Origin: Treponemataceae bacterium
Lineage (GTDB): Bacteria > Spirochaetota > Spirochaetia > Treponematales > Treponemataceae
Direction of reading: 5' to 3'
NCBI GenBank assembly: GCA_035352735.1
Contig: DAOPYF010000001.1
Span: 8,385 to 72,384 of the forward strand
DNA: 64,000 nt
The notes beneath the pieces are model-generated. The model made no database searches, was not told the origin of the DNA, and saw only the letters and a program-made list of their open reading frames with translations. Positions 25,332 to 34,712 of the stretch are shown here, piece by piece (position 1 is the first letter of the stretch; each line of letters starts with the position of its first letter). The position numbers and the translations under genes are program-made.

Positions 25332-27248
25332 TTAGGCGTCGATCTTGAGGAAAACCATCTTCTCCATTTCATAGCCGGGACCGAGATCGACCTTCCAGGA
25401 AAGGAAAAGCCGGGTTCCCCCGCAGTGCCCCGCGGCATCGCCTTCGGCAGAACCGGAACACATTATGGGAAGCACGGAGACGGACGGGTTTTCGTTCGCG
25501 TCAACGGTAAAGCGCACGCCCGAATCGAGGTCGGAAAGCTGTATCCACGAAACGTCGTCGAACTGCCCCTCGGTTATCCGGGAGTCCGCACGCTGGTCAT
25601 GGGCGTACACGGTCATGAGCGGATCGTGCTGGCGGGTGCGCGTCACGGCGAGGTCGAGCTCGATAAGGAAATTCCCCGATAGGGCGAGCGGGCTGTCGTT
25701 CTTCAGGATATACTGAACCTGAATCCCCTCGTTCCGGAAGCTGTATTGCTTGCGAAGCGAAAGCGGCTGCTGAAGCGAGCCGAAATACCCGTTCGTTTTG
25801 AGCTGGATTTCATGCCGGGTCGAGTCAATCGATACGTCCTGATACACGGTGTCGGAGAAGACCGGCTTCCCATGGGGAAGGATTCCCGCGCGGAGATCGT
25901 CGATCTCCGCCTGATCGACGAAGTGGTCGATGAAGAGCCCCTGCTCCGAGCCGCAGAGATCGCAATAATTACGGTACGCCTCAAGCACGTCGAGCTCGAA
26001 TACCTTCCCCCCGAACGGATGCACGTAGACGTTCAGCCGGTCCAGTTGGCACAGGTATTCCTTGAGTCCGTCCATGTCGAAGTCGAACGCGGTGACCGAG
26101 GGCGAGAAGACCCCGCGAACGCGGGCGGTCTTCTCGGCTACGAGGAGGTCCTTATAGGCTCGCGCGTGGAGCCTTTGAACCCGTTCCGAATCCTCGGGCG
26201 CGGAAAGGATGAAGACATCCCCGCCCTGCGCCTTCCAAAGCTCCTCGCACGCGTTTTTCTTTCGCGACTTATCGCCCCTGAGTTGGTTAACGAGGGCGTG
26301 GACGTACATCATCTTCGCGTAGAGGTTCATGGCGCCTTTCGAGCGCAGGAGGTACTGCTTCACCGGGGTGCGCGCGAGGATCGCGATGTCTTCCGTCGCG
26401 AGCAACGGGTCGTGGTCGAACGGCGACATGCCGCCGGGGATATAGGCGCGCTTCCAGAGGGTTCGGCCCTTAAGGTAACGACCGGGGAGCGAAAGTTCTA
26501 TCTGCGCGGCGCCCCTGGTGGGGATGCACTCGATGAGCGAATGGAACCAGGTCCTGCCATCCTCGCCTGAGGTGAAAAGCGGGGCAATCGATGCGGGATC
26601 GATAAAGACCGAAAGATACGTCTCGCCTTCCCCCGCCGTCGCGGCGAGGTCATCGAGGAAGGATTTTGGCGAGAATCGCTCGAGATACCGATAGCGGTTA
26701 TCGAGGGGAAACGCCGCGATGGTTTTTCCCACGTCCTCGATCGTCACCGGCTCGCGGCCCGTAATGCCGGGGAAGCCCGACGTCTCGAGCATGATTCGGT
26801 CAAGGAGGACATACTCGATTCCGCAGGTGTTGAGCGAGGCGATCATGGACGGTTCCCACGCGCTTAAGGGAATCCACGCGCCGCGCGGCCGCTTCCCGAG
26901 GTGCTTTCGGATCTCGGTGGTTAAAAGCTCGATTTGCCCTACGCGATCGGGGGGAGGCAAAAAGGGAAAGAGCGGCGAAAAAAAGCCTCCGCCGAGTATC
27001 TCGATTTGCTTGCGCGAGACCATCTCCTCGAGGATCATGAAGAACTCGGGATGGCAACGCTCTATCCACGCGATGAACGCGCCGGAGAGATGCAGGCTAA
27101 AGGGAAGTCCGGGGAGATTATAGAGCGTCGAGATCAAGGGCTTATATACCGCTTGGTATTCTCGTTCGTAGTCATTTGCGTCGAGCTCTGCCGGGAATGA
27201 GCAACAGGTTCCGAAGGCAATTTTAAATGATTGGAGAGCGATTCCCAC
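25332..27248 (-). CDS. GH57 alpha-amylase/4-alpha-glucanotransferase-like protein (DUF1926 C-terminus), catalytic residues apparently lost
   Basis: QIEILGGGFFSP, DRVGQIE, GAWIPLSAWEP, NLYAKMMYV, DFDMDGLKE; GAGG RBS before GTG 27248. Confidence 0.8.
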   Translation of the reverse strand: MGIALQSFKIAFGTCCSFPAELDANDYEREYQAVYKPLISTLYNLPGLPFSLHLSGAFIAWIERCHPEFFMILEEMVSRKQIEILGGGFFSPLFPFLPPPDRVGQIELLTTEIRKHLGKRPRGAWIPLSAWEPSMIASLNTCGIEYVLLDRIMLETSGFPGITGREPVTIEDVGKTIAAFPLDNRYRYLERFSPKSFLDDLAATAGEGETYLSVFIDPASIAPLFTSGEDGRTWFHSLIECIPTRGAAQIELSLPGRYLKGRTLWKRAYIPGGMSPFDHDPLLATEDIAILARTPVKQYLLRSKGAMNLYAKMMYVHALVNQLRGDKSRKKNACEELWKAQGGDVFILSAPEDSERVQRLHARAYKDLLVAEKTARVRGVFSPSVTAFDFDMDGLKEYLCQLDRLNVYVHPFGGKVFELDVLEAYRNYCDLCGSEQGLFIDHFVDQAEIDDLRAGILPHGKPVFSDTVYQDVSIDSTRHEIQLKTNGYFGSLQQPLSLRKQYSFRNEGIQVQYILKNDSPLALSGNFLIELDLAVTRTRQHDPLMTVYAHDQRADSRITEGQFDDVSWIQLSDLDSGVRFTVDANENPSVSVLPIMCSGSAEGDAAGHCGGTRLFLSWKVDLGPGYEMEKMVFLKIDA

Positions 27249-27250
27249 GG

Positions 27251-27868
27251 CTACCTCGACTTGGCCTTGAGTATACCCCACCTACTGAGCAATTTAAAGC
27301 CCGATTCCGGGAAATTGCGCAAATCAACCCTGCATCCTTCCCGGGCGATAGGGCAATCCGCGCCTTCGTCGGGGGTTCCGCGGGCCGCGCAATCGTAACA
27401 GTCCTTAAGGGTTACCGGAACCATGGCGATGAGGCGCTTGGGGCACGCGTCGACGCAAACGCCGCATCCGTTACAGGCATCGTTCACGAAGGCAAAACCG
27501 TCGCGAAATACGATCGCGTCGCTTGGGCAGGAGGCGGCGCAGCTTCCAAGGCCGAGGCAACTCGACTGGCAGGCAAGGTTGCCGCCGAAGAGCGCGTTCC
27601 GAGTCCAGCAATCGGTGTATCCGGTCGTGGCGAAGCGCTCCGCGATTTTTGGGGGGATTCGTCCGCAGCGGATCACGGCCTTTTGCGCGTTCTCGTGAAC
27701 CGTCCCCGCACCTTGGAGCGGCTCGGTCGGTAATCGCTTTGAACCCTTCCCCTCCTCGGGAGACTGACGGTTTTTAATGCCGTGCATAGCCGAAACGAAG
27801 AAGAGCGTCAGGGTTGCAATCGTGATGGCTACGGCAACGAAGAGCGCGGTTATGAGAAACGAAATCAT
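27251..27868 (-). CDS. rnfB: RnfB-like membrane-anchored ferredoxin, lacking the N-terminal FeS domain
   Basis: N-terminal TM; CQSSCLGLGSCAASCP and CNGCGVCVDACP; GGAGG RBS; ATGA overlap with rnfA. Confidence 0.75.
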   Translation of the reverse strand: MISFLITALFVAVAITIATLTLFFVSAMHGIKNRQSPEEGKGSKRLPTEPLQGAGTVHENAQKAVIRCGRIPPKIAERFATTGYTDCWTRNALFGGNLACQSSCLGLGSCAASCPSDAIVFRDGFAFVNDACNGCGVCVDACPKRLIAMVPVTLKDCYDCAARGTPDEGADCPIAREGCRVDLRNFPESGFKLLSRWGILKAKSR

Positions 27869-28431
27869 CGAAAGGCCTCCTGGATCCACCACGACACGTC
27901 GGCTGAATGCATGCCGATCGCGAGAAGGCCCATACTCACGAGGATTAAGGGCGCGCCTTTCCAATCGGCGCGGACGTCCGCCGTGGCGATGCGCTCGCGC
28001 ACGGAAAAGAGGAGCACGGTCGAGAAGGCAAACGCGAGAACGCTCGCAAGCGCGATGGCAAGCGAATTGCCGAGGGACGCGCCTTCGCTCGTCGCGAGAA
28101 AGACGGTGCCGAAGAAGAAAACCCGCTCTCCGGTGGAAAAATCCTGCGCCGTGGGCGGGAGGGCAAGCGAGATCACCATGCGAACGAGCGAGCAGACGAG
28201 AATGGTCGCCATAGGGATGAGCACGAAAAGGCCATGGGGCAACAGCACGCGAGAATTGAGCTCGAAGATCGCGAATCCCGCGATAAGGGTTTGGGCGAAA
28301 AGGATCGGCATGCGAACCATGAAACGCGAGCCATTGCGGGAATCGAAGAAGGTTTTCTCGAGGCCGATGCCGTATGCCCAGAGCACGGAGCAGGAGAAGG
28401 CGTAGAAAAAGAGTATGTCGACGTACTGCAT
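27865..28431 (-). CDS. rnfA: RnfA-like membrane subunit (divergent)
   Basis: Six TMs; SVRERI...KGAPLILVSMGLLAI C-terminal signature; operon position. Confidence 0.7.
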   Translation of the reverse strand: MQYVDILFFYAFSCSVLWAYGIGLEKTFFDSRNGSRFMVRMPILFAQTLIAGFAIFELNSRVLLPHGLFVLIPMATILVCSLVRMVISLALPPTAQDFSTGERVFFFGTVFLATSEGASLGNSLAIALASVLAFAFSTVLLFSVRERIATADVRADWKGAPLILVSMGLLAIGMHSADVSWWIQEAFR

Positions 28432-29012
28432 TAGGCATTCCTCCTGAACGAAGAGATCCTTCGGTGGAAATACTTTGCCGCCCAGGCAAGGACGCCGAGC
28501 AGAATGAACGCGCCGCCGGTGGTCCCCCAGAAACGGATGCCGTACGAGGAGAATCCCGGAAGGACGGGAACGACCATGAGCCCTTCGGGCACGGGAAGCG
28601 ATATCGTCCCAAACCCGAGAAGCTCGCGGACCGCGGAGAAGAGTATGAGCGTCGGGACGAACTGCATGAGCGGAATCGACTCGAGGCTATCGGAGGAAAA
28701 GGTATCGATGCCGAGGAGGAGCAAATACGAAAACGCCGAGACGAACACGTAGAGCCCGAGCGAAACCGCGAGGGTCGGGATCATCCAACGCAGAATGAGG
28801 TAATATACCGTCGCCGAAAACGCGAGGGCCACGAGCTCGACGGTCGGACCCGCCGAGGAAAGGTCGAGTTTTTTGACCAGTTCGCGAAAGGCGATACCGG
28901 TAAGGAAGTACCAGCACAGCGCGAGCGCCATGACCAAGGCGTACCCAAAGCGCGCGGAAACGGGAACGAGGGGACAGAGCGCGAAGAGGAATATCACTGG
29001 GTTCTTTTTCAT
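28431..29012 (-). CDS. rnfE: RnfE-like membrane subunit (divergent)
   Basis: NPV...ALCPL, LGLYV, VRELLGFGTI, GGAFILLG. Confidence 0.8.
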   Translation of the reverse strand: MKKNPVIFLFALCPLVPVSARFGYALVMALALCWYFLTGIAFRELVKKLDLSSAGPTVELVALAFSATVYYLILRWMIPTLAVSLGLYVFVSAFSYLLLLGIDTFSSDSLESIPLMQFVPTLILFSAVRELLGFGTISLPVPEGLMVVPVLPGFSSYGIRFWGTTGGAFILLGVLAWAAKYFHRRISSFRRNA

Positions 29013-29482
29013 TTCGACTCCCCCTTTGCCGCGCGTTCCGCGCAGACCCTATCGATCGTCCGAATCCAATACTCGCTGACGCGCGGGGTGATCCCGCACT
29101 GCTCGGGGGTTGCGCCCTCTATCCCGGCGATGCCGCAAAACGAGGTCCCTGCCCGTTTGTCCCAGTAAAAAATACCCGTTACGGGTCCGGAGTTCCCGGT
29201 GACGCGCACCGCGAAGACAAGCCCGTCGGTTTTTCCCTTTCCCTTGGCCTCGAAGGCCCTCAGGTAATTCCATCCGGCCTGCGGAATGATAACGGGATCG
29301 CCCGTCGTCGGCGCGGCGATGCTCCATTTCGCGAGCACCCCTTCGACCGACGAGCGAAGGCCATCGGTCGCTTTCCGTTCCGTGAAAACCTGAAGCCCCG
29401 TGAGGATGAGGAAAAGGAAAAAAAGAAGGATGGCGGTCAGCGCGTATTGGCGCGCCCCGCGCTTATTTGTCGTGGTGGTCAT
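29009..29482 (-). CDS. rnfG: RnfG-like subunit (short, divergent)
   Basis: N-terminal TM ending in T; VTGNSGPV resembles the GYxG motif; lies between rnfD and rnfE. Confidence 0.5.
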   Translation of the reverse strand: MTTTTNKRGARQYALTAILLFFLFLILTGLQVFTERKATDGLRSSVEGVLAKWSIAAPTTGDPVIIPQAGWNYLRAFEAKGKGKTDGLVFAVRVTGNSGPVTGIFYWDKRAGTSFCGIAGIEGATPEQCGITPRVSEYWIRTIDRVCAERAAKGESK

Positions 29483-30507
29483 GCAAAATCCCCCGCGGAA
29501 GCGATAAAGCGGTTTTCAAGGTACTCGATGATCGGATTGATCGCGTTAACGACGATAACGGTAAAAACGCCGCCGACCGGCGAGCCTCCCGGGCCCGCGA
29601 CGCAAAAGGCGAGAATCCCCGCGAGAATCCCCGAAATCACCTTGCCGACGCGCGTTCGCGGGTTGGTCGAGTACTCGGGAAGGAGGTAGAACGCGATAAA
29701 AAGGGTTCCGCCCGTTAAGAACGCGAAAAGAACGTCGCCCGACGCGGGCGCGCCGGTGATGGGCATGAGGGAGAAGCAATACACGCTCAAGCCGTAGGTC
29801 GCCAGGTACGCGAGCGGGACGATCCAATCGATGACGTTCGTGGCAATGAGCACGATGGACGCCGCAAGGGTGATCGCGTTATAGCGAAACGCGGGGATCG
29901 CAGACGGCGCATTCCAGAAAAGGGTCACGTATCCCTCGGGGAGCTTAATGCCGAATAAACGGAGAAAGCCCATGTTCGCCGCTCCGGTAACCGCTTGGTC
30001 GTTCGGTATCTGCGCGAAGTTCTCGAGCTTGAACGCGCCGAAGGCGTCGCCGACGGTCTTTATCCCCTCCCCGGTGACGACCTGCGCGGGGAATAGCGCG
30101 CTGTTGCCGATGTAGGCGATCGCCACGGTTATCGCGACCGGGTTCATCCAGAAGGCGCCAGTCCCGCCGAAGAGATTTCGGCCGATCAGGATGCCGACGA
30201 ACGACACGATGAGCGAGATGGCGGGATTCATCCCCGACGGCAGTAAGAGCCCGGCGAGAACCCCGGCAAGGAGCGCGGACGCGTCAAAGACGGCCCGGCG
30301 CTTCGTCGGAAGGGTATATGCCGCCTCGGCAAGCACGCTTCCCGAAAGGGTCGAGGCGACCGTCAGGAGCGCGGCGTAATCGCGCGCGAAGGCGAGCATG
30401 CACAGCTGCGGGATGAGCGTGCACGCGATGATGAGGGTCATTTTCAGCACGGGCGGGCGCGTGAGGATAAACGGCGCGGGAGAGACGATCCATCCGGTCT
30501 TTTTCAT
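29479..30507 (-). CDS. rnfD: RnfD-like membrane subunit (divergent)
   Basis: SPAP, DASALLAGVLAGLLLP, LFGGTG..MNP, EYSTNPRT, VNAINP. Confidence 0.85.
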   Translation of the reverse strand: MKKTGWIVSPAPFILTRPPVLKMTLIIACTLIPQLCMLAFARDYAALLTVASTLSGSVLAEAAYTLPTKRRAVFDASALLAGVLAGLLLPSGMNPAISLIVSFVGILIGRNLFGGTGAFWMNPVAITVAIAYIGNSALFPAQVVTGEGIKTVGDAFGAFKLENFAQIPNDQAVTGAANMGFLRLFGIKLPEGYVTLFWNAPSAIPAFRYNAITLAASIVLIATNVIDWIVPLAYLATYGLSVYCFSLMPITGAPASGDVLFAFLTGGTLFIAFYLLPEYSTNPRTRVGKVISGILAGILAFCVAGPGGSPVGGVFTVIVVNAINPIIEYLENRFIASAGDFA

Positions 30508-31817
30508 GGTGCGTTTCCTTTCGTTAGCCTATTGCATGCCTCGCGGATGCGGTGATGCAGCGGGATGCGCGAGGGGCACACGATGGCGCAGCACCCGCAG
30601 TATTGGCATTTCTTCAGGGATTCGATGAGCTGCGGGGTATGCTTGGCCTTATCGATGCCCTTGACGACTCTCTGGGGATCGATCTTCGCGGGACAGACCT
30701 GCAGGCAGCGGCCGCAATGGACGCAGGGTGTCACCGCGTAGTCGGGGCACGCGTCTGTGTCCATGATATGGAGCGATTTCGTGTACTTCGTCACCGGGGT
30801 ATCAAGGTCGTAGACGGCCGTGCCGGAAAGAAGCCCGTTAACGACGATCCGTCCCGGCGGGCTCTTAAACCCGCCGCATTCCTCGATGACGTCGCCGATC
30901 GGCGTTCCGATCCGCACGGTAAGGATCTCGGGACGGCCGAGCGCGGTACCGGTTACCACGATCGTCCGGCATACGACCGGTTGGTTCGTGACGATCGCGT
31001 CGTACGCGGAAAGTGCCGTGACCGTATCGACGTAAACGCAATTACTGTTGATTTCGGCCTTGTTTCTCTCGGCGACGACGAGAGACCGGATGAGCCCCTC
31101 GCTGCCCGAGGGATAGCGCGCGCTTGCGCGCCTGATGCGGCAGGTTCGTTTTTGGAAGAGTTCCTCGAGAGATTTTTCCGAAATCCCCGACCATTTCTTC
31201 TCGTTATGGATGAGGAAAACCTCCATGGCATCGCAGGCCGCCGCGAGTATGGCGGCGCCCTCGAGAACCATATCGCGCTTCTTGTCCATGAGCGCGGCTT
31301 CGAGTTGGCACGTGGGGTCCGCGTCGAAGAGCCGAATCGCTAGGGCGGCCTTCCCTATCTTCTTGGCCTTTCTGAGGTCAGGCACGAGCGCTTTCGGCGC
31401 GTCGAAGGTATTGATGACGCCCTTTTCCTCGAGGACGCGGAGAATCTCGGATTCGGGAACGGACTTCCAGGGAAAATGCTCGCATTTCCGCCCGAGGATA
31501 TCGAACGAACCCGAAAGCTCGATAACCGCCGCTTTCCCCATCTTCCCGTTCGGCAGCGGTATCGTCGCGAACTCCTTCACGACGCCGGGAACCGGCGCGT
31601 GGACGTGTACCGACTCCGGCTGCCCCCCGCGCGCGATAAGCTGCCCTTCCCGCACGCGCTCGCCGGGGGTCACGACGGGCATCGAGGGCTTTCCGTCATT
31701 CTGCTGGAGCGGGACGAATGCCTTCGAGGGAAGGAACGCGTTGCCGACGAACGAAAGCTCCGGCGCCTCGTAGGCTATCGATTCAAAACTGCGAGAAAAA
31801 CGAACAAAACGCATCAT
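30504..31817 (-). CDS. rnfC: RnfC-like subunit (divergent)
   Basis: VPLQQ...GERVREGQLIA...HAPVPG sandwich domain, YPSG, SLBB VRIGTPI, CVHCGRCLQVCP and CQYCGCCAIVCP. Confidence 0.85.
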   Translation of the reverse strand: MMRFVRFSRSFESIAYEAPELSFVGNAFLPSKAFVPLQQNDGKPSMPVVTPGERVREGQLIARGGQPESVHVHAPVPGVVKEFATIPLPNGKMGKAAVIELSGSFDILGRKCEHFPWKSVPESEILRVLEEKGVINTFDAPKALVPDLRKAKKIGKAALAIRLFDADPTCQLEAALMDKKRDMVLEGAAILAAACDAMEVFLIHNEKKWSGISEKSLEELFQKRTCRIRRASARYPSGSEGLIRSLVVAERNKAEINSNCVYVDTVTALSAYDAIVTNQPVVCRTIVVTGTALGRPEILTVRIGTPIGDVIEECGGFKSPPGRIVVNGLLSGTAVYDLDTPVTKYTKSLHIMDTDACPDYAVTPCVHCGRCLQVCPAKIDPQRVVKGIDKAKHTPQLIESLKKCQYCGCCAIVCPSRIPLHHRIREACNRLTKGNAP

Positions 31818-31818
31818 G

Positions 31819-33180
31819 TTATTTTAGCCTCGTCAATTCAACGGTGACAAAACGGTTTTGCCGGAGCAGCATCCGTTCAAGCAAGGTTCCCTCGGTATCG
31901 AGGGTTTTCCTGATGAAACCGGTATTAAAGGTGAACATAGTCCGCTTTTTCCCGGTGATGATTCCGGCCGCGTCGGCCTGGTACCATACGTAATCCGCGC
32001 TCGAGCCCGCTTCAGGCGCCTGAACGGGATCTTGTATCCTCCTCCAGGGAGCGGTTCGGATAATCCACTCGGCGGCGACGAAATCCCCGAGATCGGGAAT
32101 CGAGGTCTGGCTGCGCAAGCCTTGAAGCTCACTATACCCTTCAATCCCAAAACCGGCGTGATGAGTATAGCGCGCGGGAGCGGGTATGTACAACACCCGG
32201 CTCTCCCCCGTTTGAAGGGATGGCGTCAGGAGGAGAAGTAAGCCAACCCCAAGCGCGGCGGATAACAGCGTTGCGGCCTCGAGGGTATATCCCTTCGATT
32301 CGCGCGCGATGAGGCTTTCTCCCGAGATCGCTACCGGCTCGAAGCGGGGATGAATTCTCTTTGAAATGATAAGCGCGCGCGCCGCGCGCCGAAGGCGGAA
32401 AGCGGGAACCGTGAGGGCAAGCGAGGCGACGATAGCCAAAAACGCGAGGATAAAGCCATGGAAACCGCTTAGGGCCGCAAGGGCGAGCGCGGCCGGGAAC
32501 AAAAGGAGCGTAATGCGCTTTCTCGCGAGGATCCGCGTAACCTGGCGGAAGGAGAGCGCGAGCCCGCGCGCGTTGACGCTCCCGCAGAGCTCGATGATTC
32601 CAAAAAGGAGCGCGACCGACGCGAGAAAGCCCGTTACGCGGCAAAAGACCAGGGCAAGGATAACGCACGGCACGGCGCAAAAGGCTTGGAAAAGCCGGTT
32701 TGGGCGAAGGATAAGGCCTGCGGCAAGGAGGATGATGAGCGCGAGCGACTGAATGCGCGTCGTCCCCGCGTTTCGCTCGAGATAATGGTAGGCCGAGGAT
32801 CCCGAGAACGCGTCGCGGACCTTTCCGTCAAGAAACGGGGCGTTTTTAAGGTAAACGAACCGGAGATCATGCTCGGGGTCTGAAAACCACCGCGCGCGCG
32901 CGGCGTTAAGCTGGGTAAGATAGGGCTGTATTGGGGCCTCGGGGCTCGAGTTCGAAAGGAGGGAGTTTGCCTCGGTCGCATACGCGGTAATCTTTGCCTT
33001 TTTCAGGCGCGCGACGATTTCCGCCTCGCTCGAAGCCGGCGAGACGATCAAGACGCGATATCCCGCCCAAATCGTCTTTCCCGAATGGAGGGGAAAAAGG
33101 ACCATGGCCAAGCTCGCGCCGAGCGCCACAAGGCAGACGAGTACTAGCGCAACGGTGGGATGTATCGTTTTTGTAATCAT
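31819..33180 (-). CDS. Hypothetical multi-pass membrane protein in the rnf operon
   Basis: N-terminal anchor, soluble domain, ~6-7 TMs and C-terminal domain; stop 1 nt before rnfC. Confidence 0.65.
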   Translation of the reverse strand: MITKTIHPTVALVLVCLVALGASLAMVLFPLHSGKTIWAGYRVLIVSPASSEAEIVARLKKAKITAYATEANSLLSNSSPEAPIQPYLTQLNAARARWFSDPEHDLRFVYLKNAPFLDGKVRDAFSGSSAYHYLERNAGTTRIQSLALIILLAAGLILRPNRLFQAFCAVPCVILALVFCRVTGFLASVALLFGIIELCGSVNARGLALSFRQVTRILARKRITLLLFPAALALAALSGFHGFILAFLAIVASLALTVPAFRLRRAARALIISKRIHPRFEPVAISGESLIARESKGYTLEAATLLSAALGVGLLLLLTPSLQTGESRVLYIPAPARYTHHAGFGIEGYSELQGLRSQTSIPDLGDFVAAEWIIRTAPWRRIQDPVQAPEAGSSADYVWYQADAAGIITGKKRTMFTFNTGFIRKTLDTEGTLLERMLLRQNRFVTVELTRLK

Positions 33181-33192
33181 GGTAGGGGCTAA

Positions 33193-33672
33193 TCAGAGCG
33201 TCGAGAAAGCGACACCGATAAAGAAACCGAGCAGGATGCCCGCGAGAACCTCCATCGGCCTGTGTCCCTGAATCTCCTTTACCGGCTTGAATTGGTACTT
33301 CATCCTCGCGGCGACCTTGGCGCCAAGCTCGTTGAGCGCGCGCGCCTGCTGACCGCTTGAGCGGCGGACCCCTACCGCGTCGCGGATGACGACGAGCGCG
33401 AAACAGCAGGAGAAGATGAATAGATCCGAACCGACGCCGTTCTTAAACCCTATCGTCGTGGAAACCGAGGCGACGAGGGCTGAGTGGCTTGAGGGCATTC
33501 CGCCGGTTTTCCAGAAAAGAAGCTGGAAGAGTTCCTTCACCGACGAGATTGTGTTGGAGAAAAGGGTAATGAGCGTTTTGAGAAACTGACTTAAAATCCA
33601 ACTCGAGACAGCTGCGAGGAAAATGGGATTATGTATTAGCTGTGAAAGCTGCCTGATAACGCTTTGACTCAT
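33193..33672 (-). CDS. Divergent PAP2 family protein (DUF212)
   Basis: AQ/SQFLK, TGGMPSSHSA, RDAVGVRRSSGQQA, GHRPMEV. Confidence 0.9.
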   Translation of the reverse strand: MSQSVIRQLSQLIHNPIFLAAVSSWILSQFLKTLITLFSNTISSVKELFQLLFWKTGGMPSSHSALVASVSTTIGFKNGVGSDLFIFSCCFALVVIRDAVGVRRSSGQQARALNELGAKVAARMKYQFKPVKEIQGHRPMEVLAGILLGFFIGVAFSTL

Positions 33673-33740
33673 TTATTATAGTATTTTGGTGAAATAGTCC
33701 CTTTTGTCAAGGGTGTAAAGCGGTATATACTTATCCCTCA

Positions 33741-34712
33741 ATGGATTTCATGAAATTTTCGCTTACCGACGATGACGCCGATCGCCGGATCGATCGCATC
33801 GTTCGCCGTTTTTTGCCCGATGTTCCGCTTTCGGGGATTTATCAGCTCATGCGCAAGGGCTTGATCCGTCTTGACGGGAAAAAGGTCGAGCCCGCGCTCC
33901 GATCTCAGGCAGGCTCGGAGCTTTGGATCGCGCAATCTATCATGGCCGGTTCAAGCGGTACCCCAACGCGACAGGACGGAAAAGCACCATATCCTACTCC
34001 CCTGTCATTAAATAGAATGAAAAAGTATACACCTGAAGTCCTTTTCGAGGATGAAAACCTCCTTTTCTTGAATAAAAGCGCCGGAATCGCCGTGCATGGC
34101 GAAGATGGGCTCGACCGCCTCATCCCTCAGGCGACAAACGCCGACATATCCCTTTCGTTCAGGACCGGGCCGCTCCATCGACTCGACAAGGGAACCACGG
34201 GAATCCTCGCGTTTTCGCGGAGCCTAACGGGCGCGCGTTGGTTTTCCCAGGCGATCGGCCGGCACGAGTTCGAGAAATACTATCTCGGGATCGCCGAAGG
34301 CGAGCTCCATGAGGCGGAAACCTGGACTGATTCGGAAGCGGGGGGAAAGGCGATGGTGACCGTTGCCCTCCCCTTGGCGCACGCACGGCGCGAGAACCTT
34401 TCCTATACCCTCGTCCGGTATCGAATCATCACCGGGCGGAAGCATCAGATCAGGATCCAGACGGCGCTCCATGGGCACCCCTTAAGCGGCGACTCCCGGT
34501 ATGGGAGCGCGCGACGCGAGGACGGCTCGTATTTCCTCCACGCGCGCGAGCTTGTCTTTCCGCCCGATCGGCCCAATGGGCTTCCCGACCGACTTTTCGC
34601 GCCTATCCCCGAGCGATTCGCGCGGAGGATCACCGATTTATTCGGCGCGGAATCACTTGCGGAGCTTGAGCGCGGGGTCGTATACTGGAAAGACCATGAT
34701 GAGCATCAGTGA
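33741..34712 (+). CDS. RluA/RluC family pseudouridine synthase with S4 domain
   Basis: RIDR...RKG S4 domain, NKSAG, HRLDKGTTG, TGRKHQIR, HPLSGD, LHA. Confidence 0.9.
   Translation: MDFMKFSLTDDDADRRIDRIVRRFLPDVPLSGIYQLMRKGLIRLDGKKVEPALRSQAGSELWIAQSIMAGSSGTPTRQDGKAPYPTPLSLNRMKKYTPEVLFEDENLLFLNKSAGIAVHGEDGLDRLIPQATNADISLSFRTGPLHRLDKGTTGILAFSRSLTGARWFSQAIGRHEFEKYYLGIAEGELHEAETWTDSEAGGKAMVTVALPLAHARRENLSYTLVRYRIITGRKHQIRIQTALHGHPLSGDSRYGSARREDGSYFLHARELVFPPDRPNGLPDRLFAPIPERFARRITDLFGAESLAELERGVVYWKDHDEHQ

Noticed and set aside
27869-28612. N-terminal 248 codons of the 453-aa ORF-track call 27251..28612
   Set aside because: Overlaps rnfA/rnfE in another frame; the real RnfB-like start is ATG 27868 with a GGAGG RBS
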